DNA of 64,000 nucleotides, taken from NCBI GenBank assembly GCA_035084275.1, contig CM068756.1:6572001-6636000 (forward strand), in the 5' to 3' direction. Made by a program: the position numbers and the translations under genes. The notes under the pieces are model-generated. The model saw nothing but the letters and a program-made list of their open reading frames with translations. It made no database searches and had not been told where the DNA came from. Below, piece after piece: positions 52,543 to 64,000 of the stretch; the first letter of the stretch is position 1, and each line of letters opens with the position of its first letter. The DNA comes from Hydrolagus colliei. Taxonomy: Eukaryota.

Positions 52543-52680
52543 ATAATAATAATCCTTGCATTTGATATAATGCTTTTCACGTCTTCTAGATGTCTCAAAG
52601 CGCTTCACAGAATATACTGTAAAGTGAATTGACTGAATATACTGTAAAGTGAAATTGGCTGGACAAAATCCAGCCAATTT
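52543..52680 (-). mobile_element. tRNA-derived SINE, 3' fragment with internal tandem duplication
   Basis: GAATATACTGTAAAGTGAA occurs twice in tandem inside the SINE tail. Confidence 0.85.
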
Positions 52681-55600
52681 CACCCTGTCTGGCTTCCAAC
52701 CAGTCACCTCAAGAGACAGAGCGGGCATTATATAGTCGGCTATAACATATAGCAATAACAAGTCTGTACTTGCAACAATCTCATCAAATTGAAATAAAAA
52801 GCAATTAAACTTAAATTAGTCATTCATTCTTAATTGTTGTTTGTAAATATGTGAGTGGCAGTAAAATATTCTGTCTGTTCTTCATCATGTACTTCAATTT
52901 TTATTGATAATCTATTGTTGTCAGGTTCACCTATATCATTTCCTTATTGATTAAGGTGAAAAATTCAATTATTGCCACTCGTGGTGGCATGAAAGTTGAT
53001 GAAGATCCAGCACACTACTGCACCGAGCAATTGTTTGCTGTTTTATGGAGCTGTGGCAGCAACAGTTTACATTTGTATGCATGTCTTGCCTGCTTAGCTA
53101 ATGCCATAATGTCTGTTCAAGAGGCAAAATGTCAAATAAAGGAACACCCAAGTGCAGTTTTTGTTTAAATTTTCCATTTTAAAATGAAGAGAAACCAAAA
53201 TAGCTAAGATGCCATTCTGAATTCCTGTCCCATTGATAGATTATTTATACAGCATACACTGATGCCTCACTCCAATCTCCTCCTCAGTGGTAGATATGCA
53301 ACTTTACACCACTAATAGGAGAATCAAACTGATTTTCAGGACCTTTTAACATGAAGTTTTGTTTATAGCCTACCTAATGCCACTAAATATGTGTAGAAAA
53401 TTAATTGAATCATGCCCCAAGGATTGCTGAGACTATTGCTTTTAAAGGAGTTTTAATGGGAGGGAGATTAAATGGATTTGCTGGCATGGGGTCAAGGCAA
53501 TCAGAACTTTATGGTCTAGAAATTTGAAGTGGATAAAATGTGACAATCATGTCCTTCAGCCTAGAAGAGTAGACTGTAAACAAAGTGCAATTTGGATAAA
53601 GTGACTTGAACTCAATATTGTTCGGCAGAGATTCATACGTACTCAAATCATCTGTTGCTTCTCCAGAATGTGTAACATGGTAAGAAATAAGATCAAATAC
53701 AAAACAAAAAAACAAACTCCCCATACCCAGGCCTAACTCAAGCACCCCATGAAATAGTTCAACACTCACTTCAACAGTGGTAGAAGAAATTAGAATAAGC
53801 AACAGGTGCTCCTTGGAGCCAAAGGTAATTACAAACTTATAATGATGAATCAGCCTCAGTTTTCATCAATTGCCAAATTTTATTTCCATTAATGACAGTG
53901 AGTGCTTATTTATAATTCTAATACTGTACATGAGTAAGATAAATGTGAGCATTATGAGATGTTTATGAATTCGGCCTTTCTGAGACAGCATTGAGATAAA
54001 AAAGGAGGACATTTTTTGGTTGGTTGCATTTGTTGCTAAGTTGCTTAATTAATATTCCCTCTGAGCTGTTCACTGTTACATAGGTTCTGTGCAGTTTCTT
54101 GCAGCACCTACATTTTTCAGTTTGTAAATACCTGTAATTTGTTAATGTGAATAAGAGGTAACATTGTGAATAATTTTCAGCATTCAAAAGGATTAGAATT
54201 TACCATGCCAGCCAGGCAAGTCGTGGCATGTGTGCACATCGAAAGATTGTAATTAGTGCTGCCCTGTGAGCAACATTTCAACAAAATTCTGCAAAAGAAC
54301 TTCTTAAAAATAGCTAGTTGATTTTATTGACATATCTGTGATATGTCCGGAGCATCTGGAATCACAATTAACTCTAAAAACAATGTACATGCGGGGCACA
54401 GGTACAGTAGAACTTGTAAGCTGCTGATCTAAGGTAGAAACATGTACAAATTCAAACAGATATTGGAAGGATAATATGAGATTCCACAAATGCTATGTGC
54501 TACAAATGGAGCATTTTTTAGCCCTGCACTCACACTATTGAAATGACAGAGCATTAAATATGTACTCTTTCCATTTTGTAAGGCTCAGCGGTCTTCTTAC
54601 TGGAAAAGCTGTTCGACCATTGAAGAAGCTAATACTCAAACAGCATTAATACTAGAATAGTCTCTCTGATAGAAAATACTTGGTGGAGCTTTATGGCCAT
54701 TTAGCAAAAAGGATAAATAATACTTCCATTCAGTTAGCTTTTATGAGCTGCAGTGAAACAAATACTTCTACTTTTCTAAGTAGATTCTAACTGATGTCTT
54801 GGAGTTTAAATATGTTATGGTCGGTATTAAATACTGGTCTGTGGACATATCCCATTGGACTTAAACAGCAACTATTGGGGTATATAAAGTAATTTACTCC
54901 AAGTAATGAGTTCTATTGTTGCTGCACAGAGGCTATTATTGAACTGGAGAATGCTGTGGGCTGCTGCTTGATGTGAGATAAAGAATAGCATGAAAGAGAT
55001 GTGAGACTTCTATTTTTCTTGTATATTGGTGATAAGACGTTAATACAATCCTATCTTGCGATCAGCACTGGTTTCTGGAGTGTCTGAGCTCCAGTGCAGC
55101 ATTCTCAAAGCAAATTAATTCATTTCGCTTGAATTATCAACACAACAAAATATCCATGGCACTCTATATTAGGACGCCACAGATAATTAATATGAAACAA
55201 AGTTTGGGGATATAATTACACTCGAACAAAAAAAAGTCTGAATATTGTATTGGATAAAATCCAATTGTCAAGCAAATAACCGGATGCAAAGGAAGTAATG
55301 CTGAAAAGTCAAGCATGTTTTCAGCAGAATAACAAGTGGCAGGTGGCAGTGATTGGTTCAGATATTAGTCACTTATAGCAGCTGGGCTCTCCCAACAACA
55401 TGTAGTGATCACTGGATTCACTAGCATATTGGTAGTGTCTTCCTTGTGATGGTTGAGCCTGTGGAATTATTTATAGATTTTCTTCATTAATCAGAGGATT
55501 TGTAGTTCAGCCCAAGAGGTATCTCATTTTATATCACTGGTAAAGCCAATGAAATAACAGACGAGTGACGATCCCAGGTGGACTACAAATGATCACCTTA

Positions 55601-55704
55601 CAATAGTCTATAAATAGCGAAAACAACCACTCAGTGCGAATACACGGAGCCTCGAAATACTCAATGTATTTATACCATGCGCTATTTTAATTCATGATTA
55701 TTTA

Positions 55705-55795
55705 ATAATACCTGCCTATGAAACAGTGCCTTTCAGGTCAAAAGGACGTCTCATAGGGCTTCACAGGATATACTGTAAAGTGAAGTGACTGTATT
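55705..55795 (-). mobile_element. tRNA-derived SINE, 3' fragment
   Basis: GACGTCTCATAGGGCTTCACAGGATATACTGTAAAGTGAAGTGACTG. Confidence 0.75.
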
Positions 55796-55844
55796 TGAAC
55801 GCTTAATGAGTTAAACCGGAGTTTCATTGTCTGATGTCTAAATG

Positions 55845-56054
55845 TAATGAATGTATGGAATTCTTTACTGTTGATGTTCAGTCCTCGAACATATTCAAGG
55901 CTGAGATAGATAGATTTCTCATTTATAAAGGGATTAAGGGGTATGGGGATAAGGTAGGTAGCTGGAGTTAGAATGGGAATATCAGCCATGATTGAATGGC
56001 GGGGCAGGCTCGAAGGGCCGAATGGCTTACTCCTTCTCCTACTCCTATGTTCTT
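55845..56054 (+). mobile_element. CR1 LINE 3' end
   Basis: encodes VWNSL..FKAEIDRFL..KGIKGYGDK; 3' UTR GGCAGGCTCGAAGGGCCGAATGGC..CCTATGTTC. Confidence 0.9.
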
Positions 56055-57166
56055 AATAGGTGGATTCGTTCCCAGAAAGAAATAAGAGTAAAACAAGATG
56101 AAGTTTGATTTGCGATTTTCATGAAGGAACGTGACAGAATAGAGGACGGTTGACTTTGTACGGTTCTGCTATGCGATTTGGTGAAGGATCAGCGATTGTC
56201 TGCAGAGTGCAAGATGTGAGTTGCACTGTCAGTCTGTCAAAGATGTTCGGTTTCTTAAAAGTAAGTGATGTATGCCCACGTCTACAAAATTATTTGAAGT
56301 CCACTAAAGATTGGCATGCTGGAGATGTGCCGGCTAGGGTGCCTCTCTGCTGTCTAGCAGACTGAGTGATCAGTGTTTGATTCCTTGGCAGTCTTAGAGG
56401 GGTTAGGCGAGTCTATGAGAGAAGGTTATAGGAAACCTGTGTTCTTTAGATCAGACTTTACCTTCATGAATATGTCAGCTTTGGGTTAAGCGAGCGATCA
56501 TCAGTTAAAGCCAAATCTAAAAAAAAACGATTTATACCCTGCCATCACTGGTAAAGAAAGAAATATGAATAAATGCGTTAGTTTTAGGTTTGCGTAATTT
56601 GGGTCGCAGTACATTTTGGATTTAAGTCTACATACTGATTGGCTCCCATTCCTGATTGAAGTGATACATTAGATTCCAGCTAACTAGCTAACAAGACAGG
56701 AATTTTCTCACCCTTTTTCTCTATTCCCTGTTCCCCCTTATGTATGTTATACATGCTCTTAAAAAGTGATGTAAAATATATATCCAAACAATAGTTATGA
56801 TGTAGATTTTAGATCTATATAAAAACATAAAACCACCATGAGCAAACATTTTTCACACCCATTTCAATCAATACTACACAATGATCATTTAGACAACCTT
56901 GACAAGCCAAATTAATCTGACGTCAAAGCACTGTTACACAAACAGTAATCATAGTGATTCTTTTCATGATGCTGGTAATTTTAGAATCAATGGTCTACTA
57001 AAAATAGCAGGTTATTACATTTCACAATTATTTTTTCAATGAATGTTGTACAGAGAGTGTAACATATCCATGTCAAAGATCAAGTGGAAATGCAATGGTA
57101 TCACTACAAAATCACAGAACTCTGTAATCTCCCGATTACATGTAACTGTGATGTAACCTATAGTAC

Positions 57167-57602
57167 TAATAATAATCCCTGCATTTGATATAGCACCTTA
57201 TCATGTCTTCAAGACATCTCAAAGGGCTTCACAGAATATACTGACCTGATTGTTCAGCATCTTGGAACATCCCCCCGACGTGAAAGGTGTTCTATAAATG
57301 TAATTTTTTATAGTTGTTGTAAAGTGAATTGACTGTATATTTCGGAGCAAAATGCAGCAGCCAAATATGCACAGCAGTGTCCCACAAACAGTCGTGGATT
57401 GACTGATCAATTTTTTAAAAGAAATTATTACCGCTGGAAAAGTGATCCGCCAATTAACTAACAACTGGATTCGTACTTACTGCTAGGTAAACAGAGGCGT
57501 GTGGAGCAAGGAAACTAGCCCAGTGTTTCGCCCAACTGGGAATCAAACCCATGTCTCTCGCTCGTGAGGCGCATGTCTCTAACCACTGAGCTACAGGAAT
57601 CC
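57167..57602 (-). mobile_element. full-length tRNA-derived SINE, long subfamily, interrupted by an L2 tail
   Basis: tail, central GGAAAAGTGATCC..TACTTACTGCTAGGTAAACAGAGG segment and tRNA head all present. Confidence 0.9.
57244..57319 (+). mobile_element. L2 3' tail inserted in the SINE
   Basis: CAGCATCTTGGAACATCCCCCCGACGTGAAAGGTGTTCTATAAATG..GTTGTTG splits the SINE motif ATATACTG|TAAAGTGAATT. Confidence 0.85.
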
Positions 57603-59087
57603 ACCAAATACCATGCTAGGTTTCAAAAAAGCAAGGAAATTCAGAAGCAGGAGGGAAAAGAAAGCTAGATGATTCAATAGCTAGACAATAGCAATGATAA
57701 AGGAAGCCCTCACATACTCCTGAATGAAGTCTGCTTCTAGACCAACCAAGCATCTTATAAACAAAATAACAAAACACCGAGAGCTGTTTCTTTAATCTAA
57801 ACCTGGGAGATTTGCATAAAGGTTCCACTTGCATGCATCACACACGTATTTATTGGTCTGTGACTGTGCTTTGCACAACAAATGCTGATGAATCTTGCCT
57901 CAGAATGATTAGGGCTATAATTGTACCGATTCTCAGATGTAAGGAACAAGAATCCATTCTTCACTGTGAAACATTCAGCTATCGGATTCAGCACTGGCTG
58001 ACTCAAATGGTCCGAATCTGTATATCTGTGACTGTTCAGACTGATGTTACATAAATCACAGATAAGTGTTTATTCCTCCCACTCAAGGTTTTACAGCAGA
58101 AAGACTAACATAGTCTCCATTGACTTTATTGTTTAGGGTTTATTGCAAGGCAGTTTTTCACATATTGAAGAAAGATTTAGCTTCTTTCTTGGAAAACACG
58201 TCAGTAGGAGAGTTACGTTTGAGGCCTGTTCCACACCTGACTGCCACGACATTGAATCAACATGGACTTTGATAGCTGATGTACTTATGAAATCATTTTT
58301 GCAGAAGTGAACAATTATTGATGGCTGTATTAAACTCACCTGACTTACACTTATCAGACTTATGCTCACTCATTATTGGCAAAATGCAAAGAACACTAGC
58401 ATTTTTTCAATAATATAGTAAAACCATCAAAAGCTTTGAATGCTCTTGCTAGTGAGGGTTTTCTTTGGTCCCACATTATTAGCAAATTAATAAATCCTCA
58501 CTCCTCCCTCTCTTTTACAGGCAACATAAAATAGTTTCCAGTGTTAACATCAATAAATCAGCGATAAATCAAGACTTTACCCATATTGTATAATTGATAG
58601 AACCATACCATTGGTTATAGTAATGTAGACAATAATATTGAACAGAAGGAAATTTGGAATTATTGTAAAGCAGTAATTGTGTGAAGCCGCCAATTTAACT
58701 GAAGGTAATGAGACAGAAAGTCTCTGGTGGAATAGCGAAAAGCTTCCGATCTCAGGTTCATTCTAACCTATGTCATGGAGGAGTAAAATGTCTGGGGTGA
58801 CAATTACTATATGGCACCTTTCATTTAAGACAAACATTCAAGTCATTAAAAATGTAATATTTAGAAATTAAAGCCAGCGTTATAATATGAGCAAACACAA
58901 TATGGAATCTGTGCCAGGAACCTCCCATAAACAACAGAGACAAGTAGCCAATAGATATGAATTTGGGGTAAAATTTGGATGAGAAGGGGACTAAAGACCA
59001 GGATAACCATAAATAAATCCCATTTATTTGAAAAAAAACAATAAAGGGTCTTTGGTGTCCATCTCACGACTTAGAATTATATAACCT

Positions 59088-59378
59088 AACACTTCAATAC
59101 AATGCTAGGGGTGTGTTGCATTGTCAGAGACGCCACCTTTCAGATAAAAAGTTATACGCAGGTCCCTTCTGCCTGTTCAGTTGGACGATAAAGATCCCTT
59201 AGCATCGCATCATCATAGAAAGGATCTATCTCCCAGTATCCTGGCCAACAAACCCCTGCAACTACAATTGGTCACTTATTCCATGGCTGTTTGTGGGATA
59301 TTTCTGTGCATTTTGCCTGCAAAATACAGAGTCAATCCACTTTACATTATATCTTTTGAAGCACTTTGAGACGTCTCG
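59088..59378 (+). mobile_element. old Deu-domain SINE (body and tail)
   Basis: TGCATTGTCAGAGACGCCACCTTTCAGAT..GGACGATAAAGATCCC..TCCTGGCCAA (Deu domain), then GCTGTTTGTGGGAT..GAAGCACTTTGAGACGTC. Confidence 0.85.
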
Positions 59379-59549
59379 ATGATCTGCTTGGTGAAGACAA
59401 ATTCAGTTCCACAGTTAAAAAAATGATAGGATAAAAATCCTTTTGGAATTCTTTAACTTATGAAGGTACACATAATATATTTGTTGAATTCAAATAATAT
59501 TGTAATTTTTAGCACTGTTGTGGAGCAGAAATTTGAATGTTTGGAACTC

Positions 59550-59687
59550 TTTTACCTCCCCTTCGTGTTTCACCCCTTCCCAAACACTCCCCTCTCAGCT
59601 CGGGTCACACGCTTCTTGTTTAGCGCCTTGGGACGTCCTCCCGACGTGAAAGGCGCTCTATAAATGTAAATTGTTGTTGTTGTTGTT
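59550..59687 (+). mobile_element. L2 3' end
   Basis: AGCGCCTTGGGACGTCCTCCCGACGTGAAAGGCGCTCTATAAATGTAAA(TTG)n. Confidence 0.9.
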
Positions 59688-60337
59688 TCTTAGATTTGCA
59701 ATTGAGTAGAATTGGAAACTGAATATATCTGAGACTTTTCATTACCAAGTGTTTCTGAATTCCAGCTTCACAAGAGTCTTTCTTGTTGCACCACTGTGAT
59801 ATTCCAACCTCTCTCACCAGTCATTCTAATGATCTCTTTGAATGAGTCTGACACTTTAAAGCCAATTAGTATTGAATTATGGATGATTTTCCGTCACAAA
59901 TTCACAGCCACTAAGGCAAGAGTTCAAGGCAGCACAAACACGTTTCATCTAACATCATGACACTGTCAGAGAGGCTTTTATCCTATTAGAATAGCTGGAA
60001 CCAAACCTGATTCCAGAAGTAACGGACAGTGCATTGATCTGCAGTGTCGATTTTTTCCTAAGTATTTCATGTTTGTTATTGGGATTTCTTTTCAATTTTG
60101 GTATTTACTGTGGGGTTATTTCCAGCAGGATTCCATCGTCAGGAAAATCATTGAGGATTTCTTCCAGTAACCAGAAGCACATCACATGCCTGTGAGTATT
60201 AGGGTAACAGGGTAAATACGTTTGGTATACTGTTTTTGTGAATCCCACAATGTAGGTCTAGTTTCCTTGTGAAAGAGTTCTGATAGAAACCCCTGCATAT
60301 TGAACCCCCATCTTAAAGACAAAGAGAGAAAGGGAGC

Positions 60338-60405
60338 CATAGAACCATAGAAACATACAGCACAGAAGAAGGCCATTTGGTCCATTGTGTGTCTGTGCTG
60401 GTTCT
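60338..60405 (-). mobile_element. CR1 LINE 3' tail
   Basis: CCATAGAACCATAGAAACATACAGCACAGAAGAAGGCCATT. Confidence 0.8.
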
Positions 60406-60452
60406 TTTTAAGAGAAGTCCATTCAGAAACTGAACAGAAAAAGGAAGAGAAC

Positions 60453-60530
60453 AAACAATCAATCAATCAATCAATCAAAACTTACATTTATATCGCACCT
60501 TTCACATCAAGAGGACGTCCCAAGTGCTGG
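60453..60530 (-). mobile_element. L2 3' tail with (TCAA)n
   Basis: (ATCA)n AAACTTACATTTATATCGCACCTTTCACATC..GGACGTCCCAAG. Confidence 0.8.
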
Positions 60531-60570
60531 AAAGACACATGGAAGAACAGTGCTGGAAAGACACATGGAA
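60523..60570. repeat. 22-bp tandem duplication at the L2 truncation point
   Basis: AGTGCTGGAAAGACACATGGAA at 60523-60544 and 60549-60570. Confidence 0.9.
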
Positions 60571-61792
60571 CTGATAGCGAGAGCAGGGAGAATTGGAGAA
60601 ATAGGGAGAATGCGTGAAACTGTAATGAGCAAAGAAGGCACAAAAGAAGGTAAGCAGATACAGCCACCAAGCTTGAAAAATAGAATAGAAATGAAAACAA
60701 AGAGGGAGTGAGAAAGAGAGAGAGAGAGAAGGGAAATGTGAAATGTCAAAAGGAAAAAATGAGACCGGGTTGCAGCAGATGGTACGCTAGCCCTTTATCC
60801 CACAAATGGATTTGTGTCCATAATTCTGGCATGACAAATTTTCTGTCTCAGCCATGCCACTGGAGAGGCAGAAATGGAATCCAATGCTATTTTTATGCTC
60901 AGAGAGGAGCCTTGTCACTTTGTGTAATGTAGCAATGTGAAGTCTGGATTATATTTTCCTCCCTCCATCTTGTCGGCCACATAAATAAAAGTTAAAAGCC
61001 CAATTCCAGCATACCGCTTTCTTAGCAGATGCCGAGCACAGCAAAGTTAGGTGCCGGTAGCTTTGATGTTCGTAAAGAAATCGGTTAAAATGGAGCGGAT
61101 TATAAAACCAGTGCAGAGGGAGTTCTTGGGAGCTTTGTACAGACCACATGGAGATGGACAAGACTCGACCACATCGAGTCATGCCCAGCATGACTCGAGC
61201 CCACACTGTTTGTACCGTGCAGGTACTAATCGCTCTGTTCCTGAAAGCACCTCCTTCAGATGGTGTCAGTAGTTGGGCGAGATTGGCCCTGACTCAAATC
61301 TCATTTATACTCTGCGCTTGGCGGTGAATCACTGCCAAAGTTGTAGCAATTTCCTGCCAACTCTGCTGCATAAACGCTCCCTAAGCAGTATCCCACATGG
61401 AAGGAGAGAAAATGTCAGGCAAGTCACTGTCACTCAGCAGCCGAGTAACAGCTTCTGCACTTGGGATGCTGAGAAAGATGAATTAACCCCTAGACTACCA
61501 TTGACTTGTTTGCACTTCGCTGCTCCCACTTCTTGCGCTTAAGATTGAAAATCTCATTTCATCAGGTGCCGTGAGATTGACAGGACCGGGCAGCACACGA
61601 TCATGGTAAAGCCAATTAAATCTGTTTGCTCATGTTCTGCGCCACAGCGGTGACCTATCGAGGCTATGAACGTTCATTAATGATCATTAGCAGCTCACGT
61701 GGAACAGATTGTTGTGTTGCCTTCTCATAATGGCCATTTCTGAACAAATGGGTCCATTTTTACACTATGTTATTCAATGACAACTTAAAGTC

Positions 61793-61839
61793 TTGTGTCA
61801 ATTTCAATTGTCTTAAATTGTGTCAATTTCAATTGTCTT
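61793..61839. repeat. 22-bp tandem duplication
   Basis: TTGTGTCAATTTCAATTGTCTT twice, separated by AAA. Confidence 0.9.
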
Positions 61840-62317
61840 TGTGCGTGCCCCGGAAGAAAACTAATTCCATTATAGTTAAAGTGAATATTTTAATGAATTT
61901 GATTGTTCAGAATAATGTTGGAGAACGTTTATTTGAATTACATTTTAGATCCTGATCACTTCTGGTGCGTGCCTCTGACAAGTCAACTTCTCAAATGTCA
62001 TGTTAGTTTGAATTCAAAGTAAATCGTGACCTGTTTTTTTTAAAAAGGAAATAGCAGTGCCAGAGGATTTACAAAATGTTGGTTTGTTCTGGAAATTGCA
62101 GTGCTGCCTAGCTGTCCCATCCCTCTGTTATTCTGTTAGCAAAATCCAAAGTTTGTACTGGTTATGTTTTGAGTGCTTGCTACCCTTAATATAATAAGAG
62201 CAGGCCAGATGCAGAATTACTAACAGAGGTGTTAGCATGCGTTAGGTGTTTTTATTGAAGTGTAGTATTGCTTATATGAAATAATATTAAGCCTTTTATT
62301 TCATACAATGTTTTATT

Positions 62318-62655
62318 ATAATAATAATAATAATCCTTGCATTTGATATATCTTCTAGGCATCTCAAAGCGCTTCACAGAATATACTGGAAAATTAATGG
62401 ACTGTATAATTTGTGGGCAAAACACAGCAGTGTCTGACAAACAGTCGTGGGTTGAGTGATGAAATTATTATTGTTTATTTGAAGTATTATTATCCCTGGA
62501 AAAGCGATCCACCAATCAACTAGCAAACTGTTTCCTACTTACTGCTGGGTGGCGTATGGAGTAAGGAAAGTTCCCCAACATTTAACCGTGCCGGGAATCG
62601 AACACAGGCCTCTCACTTGTGAGGCGAGTGCTCTATCCACTGACTACAGGACTCC
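62318..62655 (-). mobile_element. full-length tRNA-derived SINE, long subfamily
   Basis: minus strand head GGAGTCCTGTAG..GCACTCGCCTCACAAG..GTTCGATTCCCGGCAC; central segment and (ATT)n tail present. Confidence 0.92.
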
Positions 62656-64000
62656 CCATTGTTGAAACATCACAAAACATTCACAGGATTTATTGTAAAG
62701 GGTAGTGCAGGTGCATTGGTAGGTGGATCTTGTCCTTCATATAAAATATGATGAAAACTTCTTCACCTCCTTAGTGGCTCTCATTTACGTTCAGTTTCAG
62801 TGACCCCCCTACCCACTGGGACCGTACTGAGCTACGTTGACAAATGATATCATTAGTAACCTTTATGTAGACCTGAGTCAGGAATGTCCTTCATTGTCCA
62901 TCACTGGGCTAGATCTGATGTTTATTCTTTAAGAGCTATATGATTCAGACCATTTGAAATTTCAATTGAAAACTTCATGAAGTAATTTTTACTGTTTGTG
63001 TGTTGTTTAAAACTAAAAACGGGCTTGGTAGAGCTATTGCTTTGCAAATGAGTGAAGCAGTAAAATTCAAGGAATTGAATGTTACACCTTTTAACCGGTA
63101 CAGAATCTCTTCTTCCACTTGTTAAGTTAATAATTTAATAATTGTAGAGTGAATTTGATTGGGGAGCTTAAAAGTTTATTCGATGTTTGACCTTTATTCA
63201 TAAACCTTAAAAAGTTTTTTTTTAAAGCTGTAAGAACAAGTAAAGATTGAGTACCAGGCAGGACTTGGAAGTGGATGGTATCTCAACAGATTCGATTAAG
63301 TTATTCAGAGTGTGGGTTCAACTTCTAGCCATGTAAACAAAGCCTATTTAATCTTTATTCCACAGGTCCCTTGGAGAGACTCTTGTCATTTCCCATTGAA
63401 TAATGTGGCCAGCAGAAATCCAATGATTGTGCAGCCTAATCCGTAATGGACTGTTGATATTTTAGAATTATTTGCTGAGGGATTGCACGCTGAGAGGAAC
63501 CTAACATAGTCAGGATGGAAACTTTAAACAAGAGCATTTGTTTCACGGTGCAGTTTTATATAATACACTCACTTGGTTGATGCTGACGTTTTTGTGTTAC
63601 AATATGAATGTATCCCGTCACTTGCTACTGATGGTCCAAAGCACTGCCAATGTTTTCATATGTCAGAACTCTGAAAGGCGTTTTGCCTTTTCTATTTATA
63701 ATACTGTACCTGGCACTGTTTCTTCAACAGAGAGGATTGAATATTCATAGCAGCCATGACAAGTGACAACTCCATAATAGCTCAGCTGGCTTCTGAATTC
63801 AAAGTGATTGTTGAGAACTTTGTACCCCTACATTAAACCTGCCTCAAGGCCTGTGCAGTATTTAAACTCAAACATTCAAACCGAGCATGTGAGTAGTTTG
63901 TCTTAAGCAGCCCACAATCTCGAACCTGAGTTTCACAGTCTCACTGGTTTGAAACAGTCAATGACTTGCAGTCGTGTAAATGCAAATGATCCTATTGGAA

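Noticed and set aside
5131-62655. Recurring GAATATACTGTAAAGTGAATTGACTG as a CRISPR-like or regulatory array
   Set aside because: Irregularly dispersed in both orientations and part of SINE copies; the sequence is eukaryotic
193-63750. Short ORFs of the six-frame track as host genes
   Set aside because: All are 166 aa or shorter, low-information, and often overlap SINE/LINE copies; none resembles a host protein I recognise
1-64000. Conserved vertebrate miRNAs and the HH9/HH10/CPEB3 ribozymes
   Set aside because: A visual scan for recalled mature and core sequences found no match; a cmscan/miRBase search would be needed to exclude them

Overview
AT-rich eukaryotic (vertebrate) non-coding DNA. 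The repeat repertoire points to a cartilaginous fish (inference): a tRNA-headed SINE with an (ATT)n tail, Deu-domain SINEs, LF-SINE relics, L2 and CR1 LINE ends, and shark-type Penelope-like palindromes. I could not support any host protein-coding exon, RNA gene or prokaryotic system, so the window looks like a long intron or gene desert. The only protein-like ORF remnants come from retroelements: a Tx1/L1-clade ORF2 C-terminus with a 17-bp target-site duplication (TSD), and L2 ORF2 C-termini. The signals least explained by known repeats are: (i) a near-perfect ~78-bp inverted repeat at 9038-9651; (ii) an 87-bp, hairpin-rich unit duplicated 766 bp apart at 51220-52072; (iii) a Penelope-like palindrome plus L2 fragment bracketed by one 12-15-bp direct repeat at 44918-45540; (iv) two polyadenylated LINE-type 3' ends stacked at one site (49742-50867). 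Family assignments rest on recalled consensus motifs, not database searches, and boundaries of old repeats are approximate. I found no convincing new biological system.
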